Shown: positions 47,031 to 56,092 of the stretch, one piece after another
Position numbering within the stretch: the stretch's first letter is position 1
Layout of the letters: each line of letters starts with the position of its first letter
Source of the DNA: an uncultured Pseudomonadota bacterium
GTDB taxonomy: Bacteria; Myxococcota_A; UBA796; SXON01
DNA: 64,000 nt
Direction: 5' to 3'
NCBI GenBank assembly: GCA_903875225.1
Contig: CAIQVJ010000041.1
Location: 18,113-82,112 of the forward strand
Program-made: the position numbers and the translations under genes
Notes under the pieces: model-generated
What the model was told of the DNA's origin: nothing
What the model saw: the letters and a program-made list of their open reading frames with translations, nothing else
Databases searched by the model: none

Positions 47031-48668
47031 ATGGCCTCCATTGCAGTTCCCGATCCCTCGTCCACCCGTGAAGCCTTCGCCGACTGGCGCGCCCGCGTCG
47101 CACGCGACTGGCTCGCCGACGACCCGCATTTCGTTTCGCTCGTCCCGGATTTTCCGGAGCTTCGGCCCTTCGCCGCCCGCTGTGCGACCGAGGTCAACGC
47201 CTGGACGAAGAACACCAATCGCGACGAGCACCTGCCTCGGCTCGAGCGGTTCGACCCGGACGGCCACCGCACCGAGGCCATCGTGCATCACCCCGACCAC
47301 ATGCGCATCGGGGAGGCGATCTGGGGCGCCGACCTGCTCGGACGCTACCGGCAACCCGGCCATGAGCGGGAGACGTTCGGGCTGCTTTACCTGCTCTCGC
47401 AGAACGGAGAGGGGGGGTGGTGCTGCCCGATGGCGTGCACCGCCGGGATGATCAAGGTCTGCCAGCAGGCGTCGGACCTGCCGGCGGGCTGGCTGGACCG
47501 CCTGCTCGACGCGGACTTTGGCAAGATGCTCTTTGCGAGCCAGTTCCTGACCGAGATCCAGGGGGGATCCGACGTGGGCGCGAACGCCGTCGTGGCGCGA
47601 CCTGCGGAGGGCGAAGCCGGCGCTGCGGGCTGGTGGGCGCTCACGGGGGAGAAGTGGTTCTGCTCCGTGATCGACGCGAACCTGTTCCTGGTCACGGCGC
47701 GCCCGTCCGGGGCGACCGGTGGGACCGCCGGACTCCAGGCGTTCGTCGTGCCACGGGCCCTGCCGGGCCTCGATCCGCGCGACCCGTCGAGTGAACCGAA
47801 CCGGTACGCTGTGAGACGGCTCAAGTGGAAGTTGGGCACGCGGTCGATGGCGTCGGCCGAGATCGACCTGGAGGGGGCGCTGGGTTGGCCGGTGGCGGAC
47901 TTCGCACGCACGGTCGAGATCGTGCTGAACACGTCCCGGCACTACAACGCCGTCTGCGCTGCGGGGATCCTGCAGCGGGCGTGGCGCGAGGCGGACGGCT
48001 GGGCCCGGACGCGGGTGGCGTTCGGTCGTCCGATCGTGGAGTTCCCGGGGGTCGCACGCTCGTTGGCGAAGCTTCGCTGCGAGGCCCACGCCGCGCGATC
48101 ACTCACCTTCGACCTGGCGAAGATCGGAGACGAGCTGGCGGTGGGCCCGGACGTGGCGCTCGCGACCGCATGGCGCATGCTCGTGAACCTGAACAAGATC
48201 TGGACTGCGCTCACCTGTCCGGCGGGCGTGCGCGACGCGATGGAGGTGGTCGGGGGAAACGCCACGATCGAGGAGTTCACCATCCTGCCGAGGCTGTTGC
48301 GTGACAGCCTGGTCCTGGAGGCGTGGGAGGGCGCGCACGGGGTGTTGTGCGCCCAGCTTTTGAAGGACGCTAAGAAGGGCATGCACCTGCCGATGTTCGC
48401 GTACCTCCGCAGCGTCGCCCCGGCAGGCTCGGTCGCCTCGATCGACGCTTTGGCCGCGTTGTGGGACAGCACGCTCGCGCGGCCGGACCGGGAGGTTGTC
48501 TGGCGTGATCTGGTGGAGCAGAGCCGGGCTCCGGTGCAGGCGATGCTGATGCGCGCGCAGGGGGTCGAGAGCGCCGTGGTGGAGCATTTCGTGAACCTCC
48601 ACGACCGCGCCTGGGACCCGTTGCAGGATCCGCGGCTCGACGCCCGCCTGCGGGCGGTCATTCGTTGA
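47031..48668 (+). CDS. AidB-like acyl-CoA dehydrogenase family protein
   Basis: FLTEIQGGSDVGAN and LTGEKWFCSVIDANLFLVTAR motifs. The 545-aa length is typical of the AidB subgroup. Confidence 0.8.
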   Translation: MASIAVPDPSSTREAFADWRARVARDWLADDPHFVSLVPDFPELRPFAARCATEVNAWTKNTNRDEHLPRLERFDPDGHRTEAIVHHPDHMRIGEAIWGADLLGRYRQPGHERETFGLLYLLSQNGEGGWCCPMACTAGMIKVCQQASDLPAGWLDRLLDADFGKMLFASQFLTEIQGGSDVGANAVVARPAEGEAGAAGWWALTGEKWFCSVIDANLFLVTARPSGATGGTAGLQAFVVPRALPGLDPRDPSSEPNRYAVRRLKWKLGTRSMASAEIDLEGALGWPVADFARTVEIVLNTSRHYNAVCAAGILQRAWREADGWARTRVAFGRPIVEFPGVARSLAKLRCEAHAARSLTFDLAKIGDELAVGPDVALATAWRMLVNLNKIWTALTCPAGVRDAMEVVGGNATIEEFTILPRLLRDSLVLEAWEGAHGVLCAQLLKDAKKGMHLPMFAYLRSVAPAGSVASIDALAALWDSTLARPDREVVWRDLVEQSRAPVQAMLMRAQGVESAVVEHFVNLHDRAWDPLQDPRLDARLRAVIR

Positions 48669-49444
48669 GCGAGCCGACAGCGGTCGCGGCGGATCCAGAG
48701 GCGCTCCCTGTCCGGGCCCCCGGGCTGGGTGATCGGACCGAGGTGGTTGCGCCTGGCGCCCGGAAGCGCGTGTTCATCGAGCTCACGGCGCTCTGGCTGG
48801 TCACGCTCCTGGCGATCCGGGGGGTGGTCGTCGTGCAGGCGATGGGCCTGCCGGATTGGACGCTCGCGCTGGTCCCCTTCCTGTTCATCTACGCCCCGGT
48901 CGGGCTGTGCCGACTCCGCGGCGTGGACAGCTACGCGTACCGGCTGGCGATCCCGGACTTCAACGATCGGGCGGCGTGGACGGAGGCGGCGGTGATCGTC
49001 GGCAAGCTGGTGGCCGTCATCGTCGTGCCGTGGGTCGTGGGCTACCACCTCTACCAGACCCGGCTGTTCCATTTCCACCCGCACTGGCGCATCCCCCATG
49101 ACGCATGGTTGCTGGCCCCCTACCACCTGTTCTTCGTCGCGCTCCCTGAGGAGTTCTTCTACCGGGGGTACTTCCAGACGCGGCTGAACGAGGTGTTTCC
49201 CCGAAAGTTCATGCTGTTCGGGACCCCCTTCGGCTACGCGATCCCGCTCGCCTGTCTCTACTTTGCGTTCGGACACTCGCTCGTGACGTTCCAGTGGTGG
49301 CATTTCGCCACCTTCTTCCCGGGCCTGGCGTTCGCCCTGCTGCGGGAGCGGACGGGGAGCCCGCTGGCGGGCGCGCTGTTTCACGCGTGGTGCAACGTCT
49401 GCGTCGTCTTCCTGGACACGGCCTACGGCCTACGGCCGGTTTAG
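48665..49444 (+). CDS. CPBP-family intramembrane glutamic endopeptidase (CAAX protease/Abi family)
   Basis: Motif 1 is PEEFFYRGY (EExxxR), motif 2 is FAFGHS (FxxxH), and motif 3 is LFHAWCN (HxxxN). The TTG start overlaps the aidB-like stop. Confidence 0.8.
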   Translation: MSEPTAVAADPEALPVRAPGLGDRTEVVAPGARKRVFIELTALWLVTLLAIRGVVVVQAMGLPDWTLALVPFLFIYAPVGLCRLRGVDSYAYRLAIPDFNDRAAWTEAAVIVGKLVAVIVVPWVVGYHLYQTRLFHFHPHWRIPHDAWLLAPYHLFFVALPEEFFYRGYFQTRLNEVFPRKFMLFGTPFGYAIPLACLYFAFGHSLVTFQWWHFATFFPGLAFALLRERTGSPLAGALFHAWCNVCVVFLDTAYGLRPV

Positions 49445-49452
49445 GGACCGAA

Positions 49453-49881
49453 CTACTGCCAGAACCCGACGGCGAGCCGGGCTCCGAACAGCGCGAGGCT
49501 CACGGGGATGGTGAGCCACAACGCCTGGCGTGCGCCCAACCCCGGGCGGTGGCGGAGCCCGAACCACACCGCGAAGCCCAGGGCAGGCGTGAGCAGCACG
49601 TTCCCTGCGACGAGCAGCAGAGCGAGGTTCCTGTCGAAGTTGAACGGCTCGACGCGCGCCGCGCCGGCCAGCACACGTCCGGCCTCCTCCACCCGCGCCC
49701 GTCCCGGGCGGAACGGCTCGCCAGCAGCGATCCGCCGCTGGACCTCCTGGAGGTCGGGCTCCGCGAGCATGCGCGTGGACGCGATCACGCTCAGCGCCCG
49801 CTGGGGACCTGTCGGCACGAGGCCACAACTCGCGCACCGGCCCAGGGCGAGCTCCTTTTCGCCGCCGCACTGGATGCACAC
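49453..49881 (-). CDS. Small membrane protein with N-terminal zinc ribbon
   Basis: CIQCGG...CASCG (CxxC-x10-CxxC), then two TM helices at the C-terminus. The start is GTG at 49881 or TTG at 49893, just after the upstream TAG at 49898-49900. Confidence 0.55.
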   Translation of the reverse strand: MCIQCGGEKELALGRCASCGLVPTGPQRALSVIASTRMLAEPDLQEVQRRIAAGEPFRPGRARVEEAGRVLAGAARVEPFNFDRNLALLLVAGNVLLTPALGFAVWFGLRHRPGLGARQALWLTIPVSLALFGARLAVGFWQ

Positions 49882-49897
49882 CGCCTGTGGCAACGAT

Positions 49898-52096
49898 CTA
49901 CCCGAGCGCCCGGAGCGCGCGTACACCGATGTCGCCCTGGCCGTTCGCCCAGGCGGCGAGGGCCTCGCGCACGAGGCCGCGGCCGTCCTTCCCATAGGCG
50001 CGCAGGTTCTGGTCGATCCACGTCTGCAGGCCCGGGTCGTTGAGCAGGAGGACCAGGCCCGGTACGAACGTCTCCGCAAAGTCCCGCTTCTGCTCGATGG
50101 CGACGAGATCCGAGACGAGCAGCGCCCAGTCGGGGAGCTGGATGTCCACGCGTGCGAGCATGACCTGGGTGAACGCGCGTGCGAGCGCCTTCGCGGCGGC
50201 CGTCACCCGGGGGATCGCGTCGTCCACGGGTTCACCGGGCTCGCCGCAGAACTCGACGTAGATCTTGTTCTTGGGCTCGGTTCCGGAGGGGCGCAGGAGG
50301 ATCCGGGCCCGTTCTCCGAACTGGAACACCAGGACGTCGCGGCTCGCGGCGTCCGTCCCACTCTTGATGACGCCGAGCGGGCCTGCGGGGTCCGCGCGGT
50401 CGGCGAAGGAGGTGACCTCAAGGCCGCCGATCGTGGTCGGGGGGTTGGCGCGGATGCTGGCCTGGATCCGATCGATGGTGGCCTTGCCGGCGGCCCCGCG
50501 CATCACCGTGGAGACGAGCTCGTTCTGCACATAGCCATGGCGCTCCCAGATCGCCCGCAGCGCCCCGTACAGCGTCCTCGGGACGCCGTCGGAGAAGCGG
50601 CCTGCGGCCTCGTCGACCGCCATCTCCGCGAGCAGGCGTGCGGCCCCCGCCGCGTCCTTGTCGCGCATCGCCGTGGTGACCAGCACGCCGTGGGATTCCT
50701 CGACGCCGAGCGCAAAGTCCTCCAACTTCCCCTGGAGTCCGGCAAACCGCCCGCTGGCTTCGAGCTGGTGGATGCCGTCGCCGATGTACTTGAAGCCCAC
50801 CATCAGGTGGTTCACGCTGCGGTACCCCCAGTTCTCGGCGACCCGGCGCACGAGATCGGTGGTCACCTCGGTCTTCATCACGATGCGTTCGGCGCCACCG
50901 GACTGGTTGCGCCCGATGTGCTCGGCGCAGAGCACCCCGATCTCGTTTCCGCTGAAGAACCGGAACCCCCCGCCGATCGTCTCGCGCGCCCAGAGCCCGA
51001 TCCGGTCCGCATCGGGATCGCAGGCCATCACGAGGTCGGCACCCAGCTCCTCGGCGAGCTTGACAGCCACCGCCATGCTCGGGCGAACCTCGGGGTTCGG
51101 AGCGCGGAACGGAACATTGGGGAAGGCGCCGTCGTGGCTCGCCTGCGTGGGCTCGAGCGTCACGCGGTATCCGGCGGCACGCAGGACCTCGACGACCGTG
51201 GTGTCGCCGGTGCCGTGGAGCGCCGTGAACACCACGTGCAGGGCCGCTCGATCGGTGGCCGGAGCGCGGGAGTAGCTGGGGCCCTGGTTCACGGCGATGT
51301 ACGCGTCGTGGATGTCGGGCGTGTAGGCGTGCACGAACGATCCGGCGGCTTCGAAGGGCGTCATCGACACCTCTCCGACGCGGTCCACCTCGTTGGCCAT
51401 CGTCTCGTCGTTGGGGGGCACCTCCTGGCCGCCGAGCGCGTTGTAGAACTTGCCACCGTTGTCGTCGGGCGGGTTGTGGGACGCCGAGATGTTGAGCCCC
51501 CCGTCCGCCCCGAGAAACCGGATCGCGAACGAGAGCTCCGGGGTGCTCACGAACGTGGTGCTCTCCCGGGGGAGGATCGTGGTGTGCACGCCGTTGGCCG
51601 CGTACACGCCGCAGGCGAGCTCGGCAAAATCGCGGCTGGAGAGCCCCATGCAGGCGTTTGATGCGTCGATGCCGGCGTAGGTCCCGCCGGCGTCCAGGTA
51701 GCGACGCACGTCGTAGGCGACGACGATGTGGAGGGGGCGGGCCCCAAAGTCGCGGGCCGGGTCGGCGGCCTGGACGCGGCCGCGGAGCCAGGTCGCGTGC
51801 CCCTGGACGCTCGCGCCGAGGGTCCACGGGTTGTAGCGGTTGGGGCCGATCCCGACCGGGCCGCGGCGCCCGCCGGTGCCGAACGGAAGCACCTGGTAGA
51901 AGCTGTCCAGCAGCAGATCCCAGCGCTTGCCCGCGATGAGCGCGCGGATCATCGGCTGGTAGGGCGCAAAGCTCGACTCTGTGAACCAGCGGCGCAGGTG
52001 GGTGAGGGCCTGCACCCTCGTCTCCTCCCGTACGGAGAGCGAGGCGAAGGCGGTTTGCACGGCGGCGAGGGGATCGGTGGCGTCGGTCGGTGGCAT
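49898..52096 (-). CDS. Alpha-D-phosphohexomutase family protein (phosphoglucomutase/phosphomannomutase-like), extended form
   Basis: Active-site loop ISASHNPPDDNG and Mg loop ACDPDADRIG. At 732 aa it has N- and C-terminal extensions relative to typical 450-550-aa enzymes. Confidence 0.88.
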   Translation of the reverse strand: MPPTDATDPLAAVQTAFASLSVREETRVQALTHLRRWFTESSFAPYQPMIRALIAGKRWDLLLDSFYQVLPFGTGGRRGPVGIGPNRYNPWTLGASVQGHATWLRGRVQAADPARDFGARPLHIVVAYDVRRYLDAGGTYAGIDASNACMGLSSRDFAELACGVYAANGVHTTILPRESTTFVSTPELSFAIRFLGADGGLNISASHNPPDDNGGKFYNALGGQEVPPNDETMANEVDRVGEVSMTPFEAAGSFVHAYTPDIHDAYIAVNQGPSYSRAPATDRAALHVVFTALHGTGDTTVVEVLRAAGYRVTLEPTQASHDGAFPNVPFRAPNPEVRPSMAVAVKLAEELGADLVMACDPDADRIGLWARETIGGGFRFFSGNEIGVLCAEHIGRNQSGGAERIVMKTEVTTDLVRRVAENWGYRSVNHLMVGFKYIGDGIHQLEASGRFAGLQGKLEDFALGVEESHGVLVTTAMRDKDAAGAARLLAEMAVDEAAGRFSDGVPRTLYGALRAIWERHGYVQNELVSTVMRGAAGKATIDRIQASIRANPPTTIGGLEVTSFADRADPAGPLGVIKSGTDAASRDVLVFQFGERARILLRPSGTEPKNKIYVEFCGEPGEPVDDAIPRVTAAAKALARAFTQVMLARVDIQLPDWALLVSDLVAIEQKRDFAETFVPGLVLLLNDPGLQTWIDQNLRAYGKDGRGLVREALAAWANGQGDIGVRALRALG

Positions 52097-52179
52097 CGGC
52101 GGAATCTATTCACTCCCGGGGGGGCGACAGGGGTTGATTGAAATCCCGGGTGCGCGGTCCTTGCCGCTCGGCGAAATTA

Positions 52180-52196
52180 CTATACACTTGTTCAAT
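52180..52196 (+). promoter_or_regulatory. LexA (SOS) box-like motif abutting the dinB start codon
   Basis: CTATACACTTGTTCAAT matches 15 of 17 positions of the M. xanthus LexA consensus CTRHAMRYBYGTTCAGS. Its last two bases are the AT of the dinB ATG. Confidence 0.55.
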
Positions 52197-53418
52197 GCCC
52201 CTTGCGCCGCGACTCGGCTGCCTGGACCTCGACACGTTCTTCGTGTCGGTGGAGCGGCTGCTCGATCCGTCGCTCGTGGGACGCCCGGTGATCGTGGGTG
52301 GCCGCAAGGGGGATCGCGGCGTGGTCACGTCGTGCAGCTACGAGGTGCGCCCGCTGGGCGTCCACTCGGGAATGAGCCTCGTCGACGCTGTGCGGCTCGC
52401 TCCCGACGCGATCTTCGTGCCCACCCGCCGCGACACCTACGGGGGGCATGCGGCCCGCGTGAAGGCCATCGTCGAGCGCTGGTGCCCGGTGGTGCGGACC
52501 GCGAGCATCGACGAATTCTACCTGGACTTCCACGGCTGCGACGGTCTGTACGCCACGGCCGGGGACGTGGACGGAGACGCCACGATCGAGCGGACCGTGC
52601 GCGAGATGCGCGACGCCATCCAGGTGGAGACCGGTCTGCCGTCGAGCGTCGGGCTGGGGATCTCCCGCGCCATCGCCAAGATGGCGAGCGGGCGGGCCAA
52701 GCCCGCAGGGGTGTTGATGGTCCGCGCGGGGGAGGAGTGGCGCTTCGTCGAGGGCCTGCCGGTTCGCAAGCTCCCCGGCATCGGACCGGTCGCGGAGGCC
52801 GAGCTGCAACGCGCGGGAATAGCGACGCTGGGCCAACTCTCGGCGGTCCCCGATGGCCCGAGCCGCGTCGCGGGCATGGCCTCCCGCCTGCGCGAGGCGC
52901 TCCGTCCGTCCGGCCCGCTTCCCGAGCACGACCGGCCGGCTTTTCAAGAGCACGACGAGACCACCGACGGCAGCCTCTCCAACGAGCGTACTTTTTTTGC
53001 CGCGCTGGGGGACGAGACGACCGTGCTCGACGCCTTGAGGTCGCTCGTGGAGCGGGTGACCTGGCGCCTGCGCCGCCGCAGCGGCGAGGCGAGAACCATC
53101 ACCTTGAAGCTTCGCTACTCCGATTTCAGCACGATCACGCGGGGACGGACCGGCCCGCCGACCAACGGGGAGGACGAGGTCTGGAGGGTGGCGAGGCAGC
53201 TCCTGCTGGGCAGTTGGTCGAGGCGGCGTCGGGTGCGACTGCTTGGAGTCCAGCTCTCCAACCTCGTGCCTGCGGGCACGCAGCTTGCCCTGTTTCCTCC
53301 GGCTCGTCCGCGCGCTGGCAGCGCGATCGACGCGGTGCGCGCGCGCTTTGGCTACGACGCGATCCGCATGGGGGCGGTCGTCGCGCCGCGCGAGGAGCCG
53401 GAGGCGGGGCCGCGCTGA
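52195..53418 (+). CDS. dinB: DNA polymerase IV (Y-family)
   Basis: LDLDTFFVSVE, SIDEFYLDF and LPVRKLPGIG motifs. The product is 407 aa. Confidence 0.92.
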   Translation: MPLAPRLGCLDLDTFFVSVERLLDPSLVGRPVIVGGRKGDRGVVTSCSYEVRPLGVHSGMSLVDAVRLAPDAIFVPTRRDTYGGHAARVKAIVERWCPVVRTASIDEFYLDFHGCDGLYATAGDVDGDATIERTVREMRDAIQVETGLPSSVGLGISRAIAKMASGRAKPAGVLMVRAGEEWRFVEGLPVRKLPGIGPVAEAELQRAGIATLGQLSAVPDGPSRVAGMASRLREALRPSGPLPEHDRPAFQEHDETTDGSLSNERTFFAALGDETTVLDALRSLVERVTWRLRRRSGEARTITLKLRYSDFSTITRGRTGPPTNGEDEVWRVARQLLLGSWSRRRRVRLLGVQLSNLVPAGTQLALFPPARPRAGSAIDAVRARFGYDAIRMGAVVAPREEPEAGPR

Positions 53419-53428
53419 CCGGAGCGCC

Positions 53429-54433
53429 CTACGGGCACACCAGCCGGTCGTCCACGTGCATTCCGCCGCTCCAGGTCACGTCGAGCCTCTGCGCTGCGAC
53501 GCTCCCGGCGATGTAGCCGGAGTTGATGCTCACCGCGGCGTCGGGAGCGACCACGGTGGCGGTGAGCTGGCCGCTCGTCGCCACCTGCAGGGGGCCGGCG
53601 CCCGTCATCCAGATGCGCACCGCCGCGGGATCGTCCCCGTGGACCACGCCGCTCCAGTCCACGGTGAGGGCGCCATCGACGTAGAGATCGAGGTGGTCGC
53701 CGGGTGCCACGTCGATCGTCCCGCTGTTGATCGTCGCGTCTCCGAGCACGTGGATGACCACATCTGCGTTCACGTCCAACCGCCCCGAGGTGGCGAGCGA
53801 GAGCATGTCGACCGTCAGATCCGACGACACGGTCTTGTGGTCGCTCCACTCCACGACGAGGTCCCCGGAGCTTGCTGGCAGGCCGCCAGGCAGGGCGACC
53901 GCAGGCATCGCCAACGGACGGGTGAGCGTGCCTGTCGTACCGGTCACCTGCCCTGACCAGCTCAGGCACAGCACGGTGGTGGGGTCGCCAGCGGTCCAGA
54001 GGTCCCCATGCAGGATGGCGCTGTTCAGATCGGCCGCACAGGCGGCTGTGGCGCCGAGGCCGACCGTGGCCGCGGAGCCGGCGCTTCCATTGGAGTACGC
54101 TCCCAGGCTGCTGTCGTAGCTGTCGATCACGCCGCTGGTCGCCATCGTGAGGCCGGCGCCCAGGGTCACCCCGAAGGTCACGCAGCCGCTGGGGGGGCTG
54201 CCCGTGTCGGTGTCCGAGTCTGCATCGGTGTCCGAATCGGCGTCGGTGTCCGAATCGGTGTCGGTGTCCGAATCGGTGTCTGCATCGGAGTCTGCATCGG
54301 AGTCTGCATCGGCGTCGGTGTCCGCGTCGCCGTCGTGGACCGGTGACCCACCGCCGTCCCCGAGCCGGACCTTCACGGTGTCGCATCCGACGAGCGTGGA
54401 GAGCAGGACGGTGAGGAAAACGGTGCAACGCAT
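53429..54433 (-). CDS. Lipoprotein with an Asp-Thr/Ser repeat tether and a beta-rich C-terminal domain
   Basis: MRCTVFLTVLLSTLVGC lipobox, then DGDADTDADADSDADSDADTDSDTDTDSDTDADSDTDADSDTDTG. The C-terminal 250 aa are rich in G/T/S/V strands. Confidence 0.8.
   Translation of the reverse strand: MRCTVFLTVLLSTLVGCDTVKVRLGDGGGSPVHDGDADTDADADSDADSDADTDSDTDTDSDTDADSDTDADSDTDTGSPPSGCVTFGVTLGAGLTMATSGVIDSYDSSLGAYSNGSAGSAATVGLGATAACAADLNSAILHGDLWTAGDPTTVLCLSWSGQVTGTTGTLTRPLAMPAVALPGGLPASSGDLVVEWSDHKTVSSDLTVDMLSLATSGRLDVNADVVIHVLGDATINSGTIDVAPGDHLDLYVDGALTVDWSGVVHGDDPAAVRIWMTGAGPLQVATSGQLTATVVAPDAAVSINSGYIAGSVAAQRLDVTWSGGMHVDDRLVCP
54203..54334 (-). repeat. Hexanucleotide-periodic coding tandem repeat encoding (D[AST])n
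   Basis: It includes three copies of the 12-nt unit TCTGCATCGGAG/C (54280-54315) and repeated GTGTCCGAATCGG units. The sequence family is the same as the repeat at 39355-39517. Confidence 0.85.
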
Positions 54434-54439
54434 AGGCGG

Positions 54440-54468
54440 ATTGTGCGCTGCGGGGGCGCCCGGGTCAA
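54440..54468 (-). promoter_or_regulatory. Candidate sigma-70 promoter (TTGACC-N17-CACAAT) for the 53429-54433 lipoprotein gene
   Basis: On the minus strand the -35 lies at 54468-54463 and the -10 at 54445-54440. The -10 ends 6 nt before the ATG, which implies a leaderless or very short leader transcript. Confidence 0.3.
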
Positions 54469-54505
54469 GCCGGCGCGCCGTCGTCCGACGTTCCTTGCCC
54501 GGGGG

Positions 54506-56092
54506 CTAGGCGACCGCGATGGCCAGGTCATGCGCCGAGATGTCGATGACCGTCGGCCGCTTGCCCAGGGCCGCGAGCAGGGAGCCGCGCTGGGCGAGCA
54601 CGCTCCCGGCCGCCTCCGCGGCCAGGGGCGGGCACACCCCGAAGCCCTGCACCAGATCGCAGTTGTCGGCCGTGAGCAGGGCGAGCTGTTCGGCGATCTC
54701 GACACCCTCGGCCACCACCTCGAGCCCGAGCGCGTGGGACAGCGTGACGATCGCGTCTACGATGGCGACGTCGGAGCGATCGCAGCGGTCGAGCGGGAGG
54801 AACGACCGGTCGATCTTGAGGCGATCGAAGGGGAACAGGCGCAGGTAGGCCAGTGAGGAGTACCCCGTGCCGAAGTCGTCGAGCGCCAGGGTCACCCCCA
54901 TGTCCTTGAGTGCTGCGAGCATGGTGCGCGCCTGCTCAGGGTCGCGCATCGCGATGCTCTCCGTGACCTCCAGCTCCAGGAGGTGAGGGGGGAGGTGCGT
55001 GTCGTCGAGGACCCGGCGGACGAGCGCCGGCAGGTTGCCGTCCTGGAACTGTCGAGCGGAGAGATTGACGGCGACCCGGGCCTCCGGGAGGGAGCGGCCG
55101 TGCCACTCCATCGCCTGTCCACAGGCGGCCCGCAGCACGAACTCACCGATGGCGACGATCAAGCCGCTCTCCTCGGCCACAGGCACGAAGCGCGAGGGGG
55201 GCACGCTCCCTTCGGGCGGGTCCCAGCGCAGGAGCGCCTCCAGCCCCACGAGACGGCCGCTCGCGATCCGGACCTGTGGCTGGTAGTGCAGCGAGAGCTC
55301 CCCTCGTTCGAGCGCATGCGTGAGCCGCGAGCGGATGTCCGCGATGCGGACGACCTCGTCGTGCATCGAGCGATCGAATGCCCGGATTGCGTCGCGGCCG
55401 GCGTGTTTGGATTGGTACATCGCGAGGTCGGCGTGCTTGACCAGGGTGGTCGCATCCGCGCCGTCGCCCGGGTAGACCGCCACCCCCACGCTCGCAGTCA
55501 CGCGCACCTCGCGCCCGTCGAGCCGGAACGGCTCCCGCAGGGCCCCGAGCAGCACCTCGCACAAGGTCCGTGCCTGCCCGGCGTCCGAGAGCCCCGGGAG
55601 GAGCACGAGGAATTCGTCGCCGCCCTGCCGCGCGACCGAGTCGGTCTCCCGGAGTGCGCCCTGGATGCGTCTCGCCACGTCCACGAGCAGGAGGTCGGCG
55701 ACGTCGTGCCCGAAGGTGTCGTTCACCAGCTTGAAGTGGTCCAGGTCCACGAACACCACCCCGGCACAGCCCCCGCATCGGGCCGTCTGGCGGAGCGCCT
55801 GACTCAGGCGGTCCTGGAAGAGCAGCCGGTTCGGGAGGCCGGTCAGCGCGTCGTGGTAGGCGTGATGACGGTCACGCGCCCCGGCCAGCTCTCGTTCCGT
55901 GACGTCGCGAGCCACGACGCAGAGCATCTCGCGGCCTCGCCAGGCCATGCCCGAGGCGCCAAGCTCCACCTGGATCGGCCGTCCATCCCGCGCTGATGCG
56001 GTGTTTCCACCTCGGTCGAACAAGGCGCTCCTGCGCACCGGCAGGGCGCTCGTGCCGGTGTGCACCATCACACTACAGTGTGCCAAAGGCAC
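54506..56092 (-). CDS. Diguanylate cyclase/phosphodiesterase (partial PAS - GGDEF - EAL)
   Basis: GGDEF site is RQGGDEF and EAL site is LEALLRW...DDFGTGYSS. The ORF begins (GTG 56092) inside what reads as the C-terminal half of a PAS fold (...RDGRPIQVELGASGMAWRGREMLCVVARDVTERE). Confidence 0.85.
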   Translation of the reverse strand: MPLAHCSVMVHTGTSALPVRRSALFDRGGNTASARDGRPIQVELGASGMAWRGREMLCVVARDVTERELAGARDRHHAYHDALTGLPNRLLFQDRLSQALRQTARCGGCAGVVFVDLDHFKLVNDTFGHDVADLLLVDVARRIQGALRETDSVARQGGDEFLVLLPGLSDAGQARTLCEVLLGALREPFRLDGREVRVTASVGVAVYPGDGADATTLVKHADLAMYQSKHAGRDAIRAFDRSMHDEVVRIADIRSRLTHALERGELSLHYQPQVRIASGRLVGLEALLRWDPPEGSVPPSRFVPVAEESGLIVAIGEFVLRAACGQAMEWHGRSLPEARVAVNLSARQFQDGNLPALVRRVLDDTHLPPHLLELEVTESIAMRDPEQARTMLAALKDMGVTLALDDFGTGYSSLAYLRLFPFDRLKIDRSFLPLDRCDRSDVAIVDAIVTLSHALGLEVVAEGVEIAEQLALLTADNCDLVQGFGVCPPLAAEAAGSVLAQRGSLLAALGKRPTVIDISAHDLAIAVA

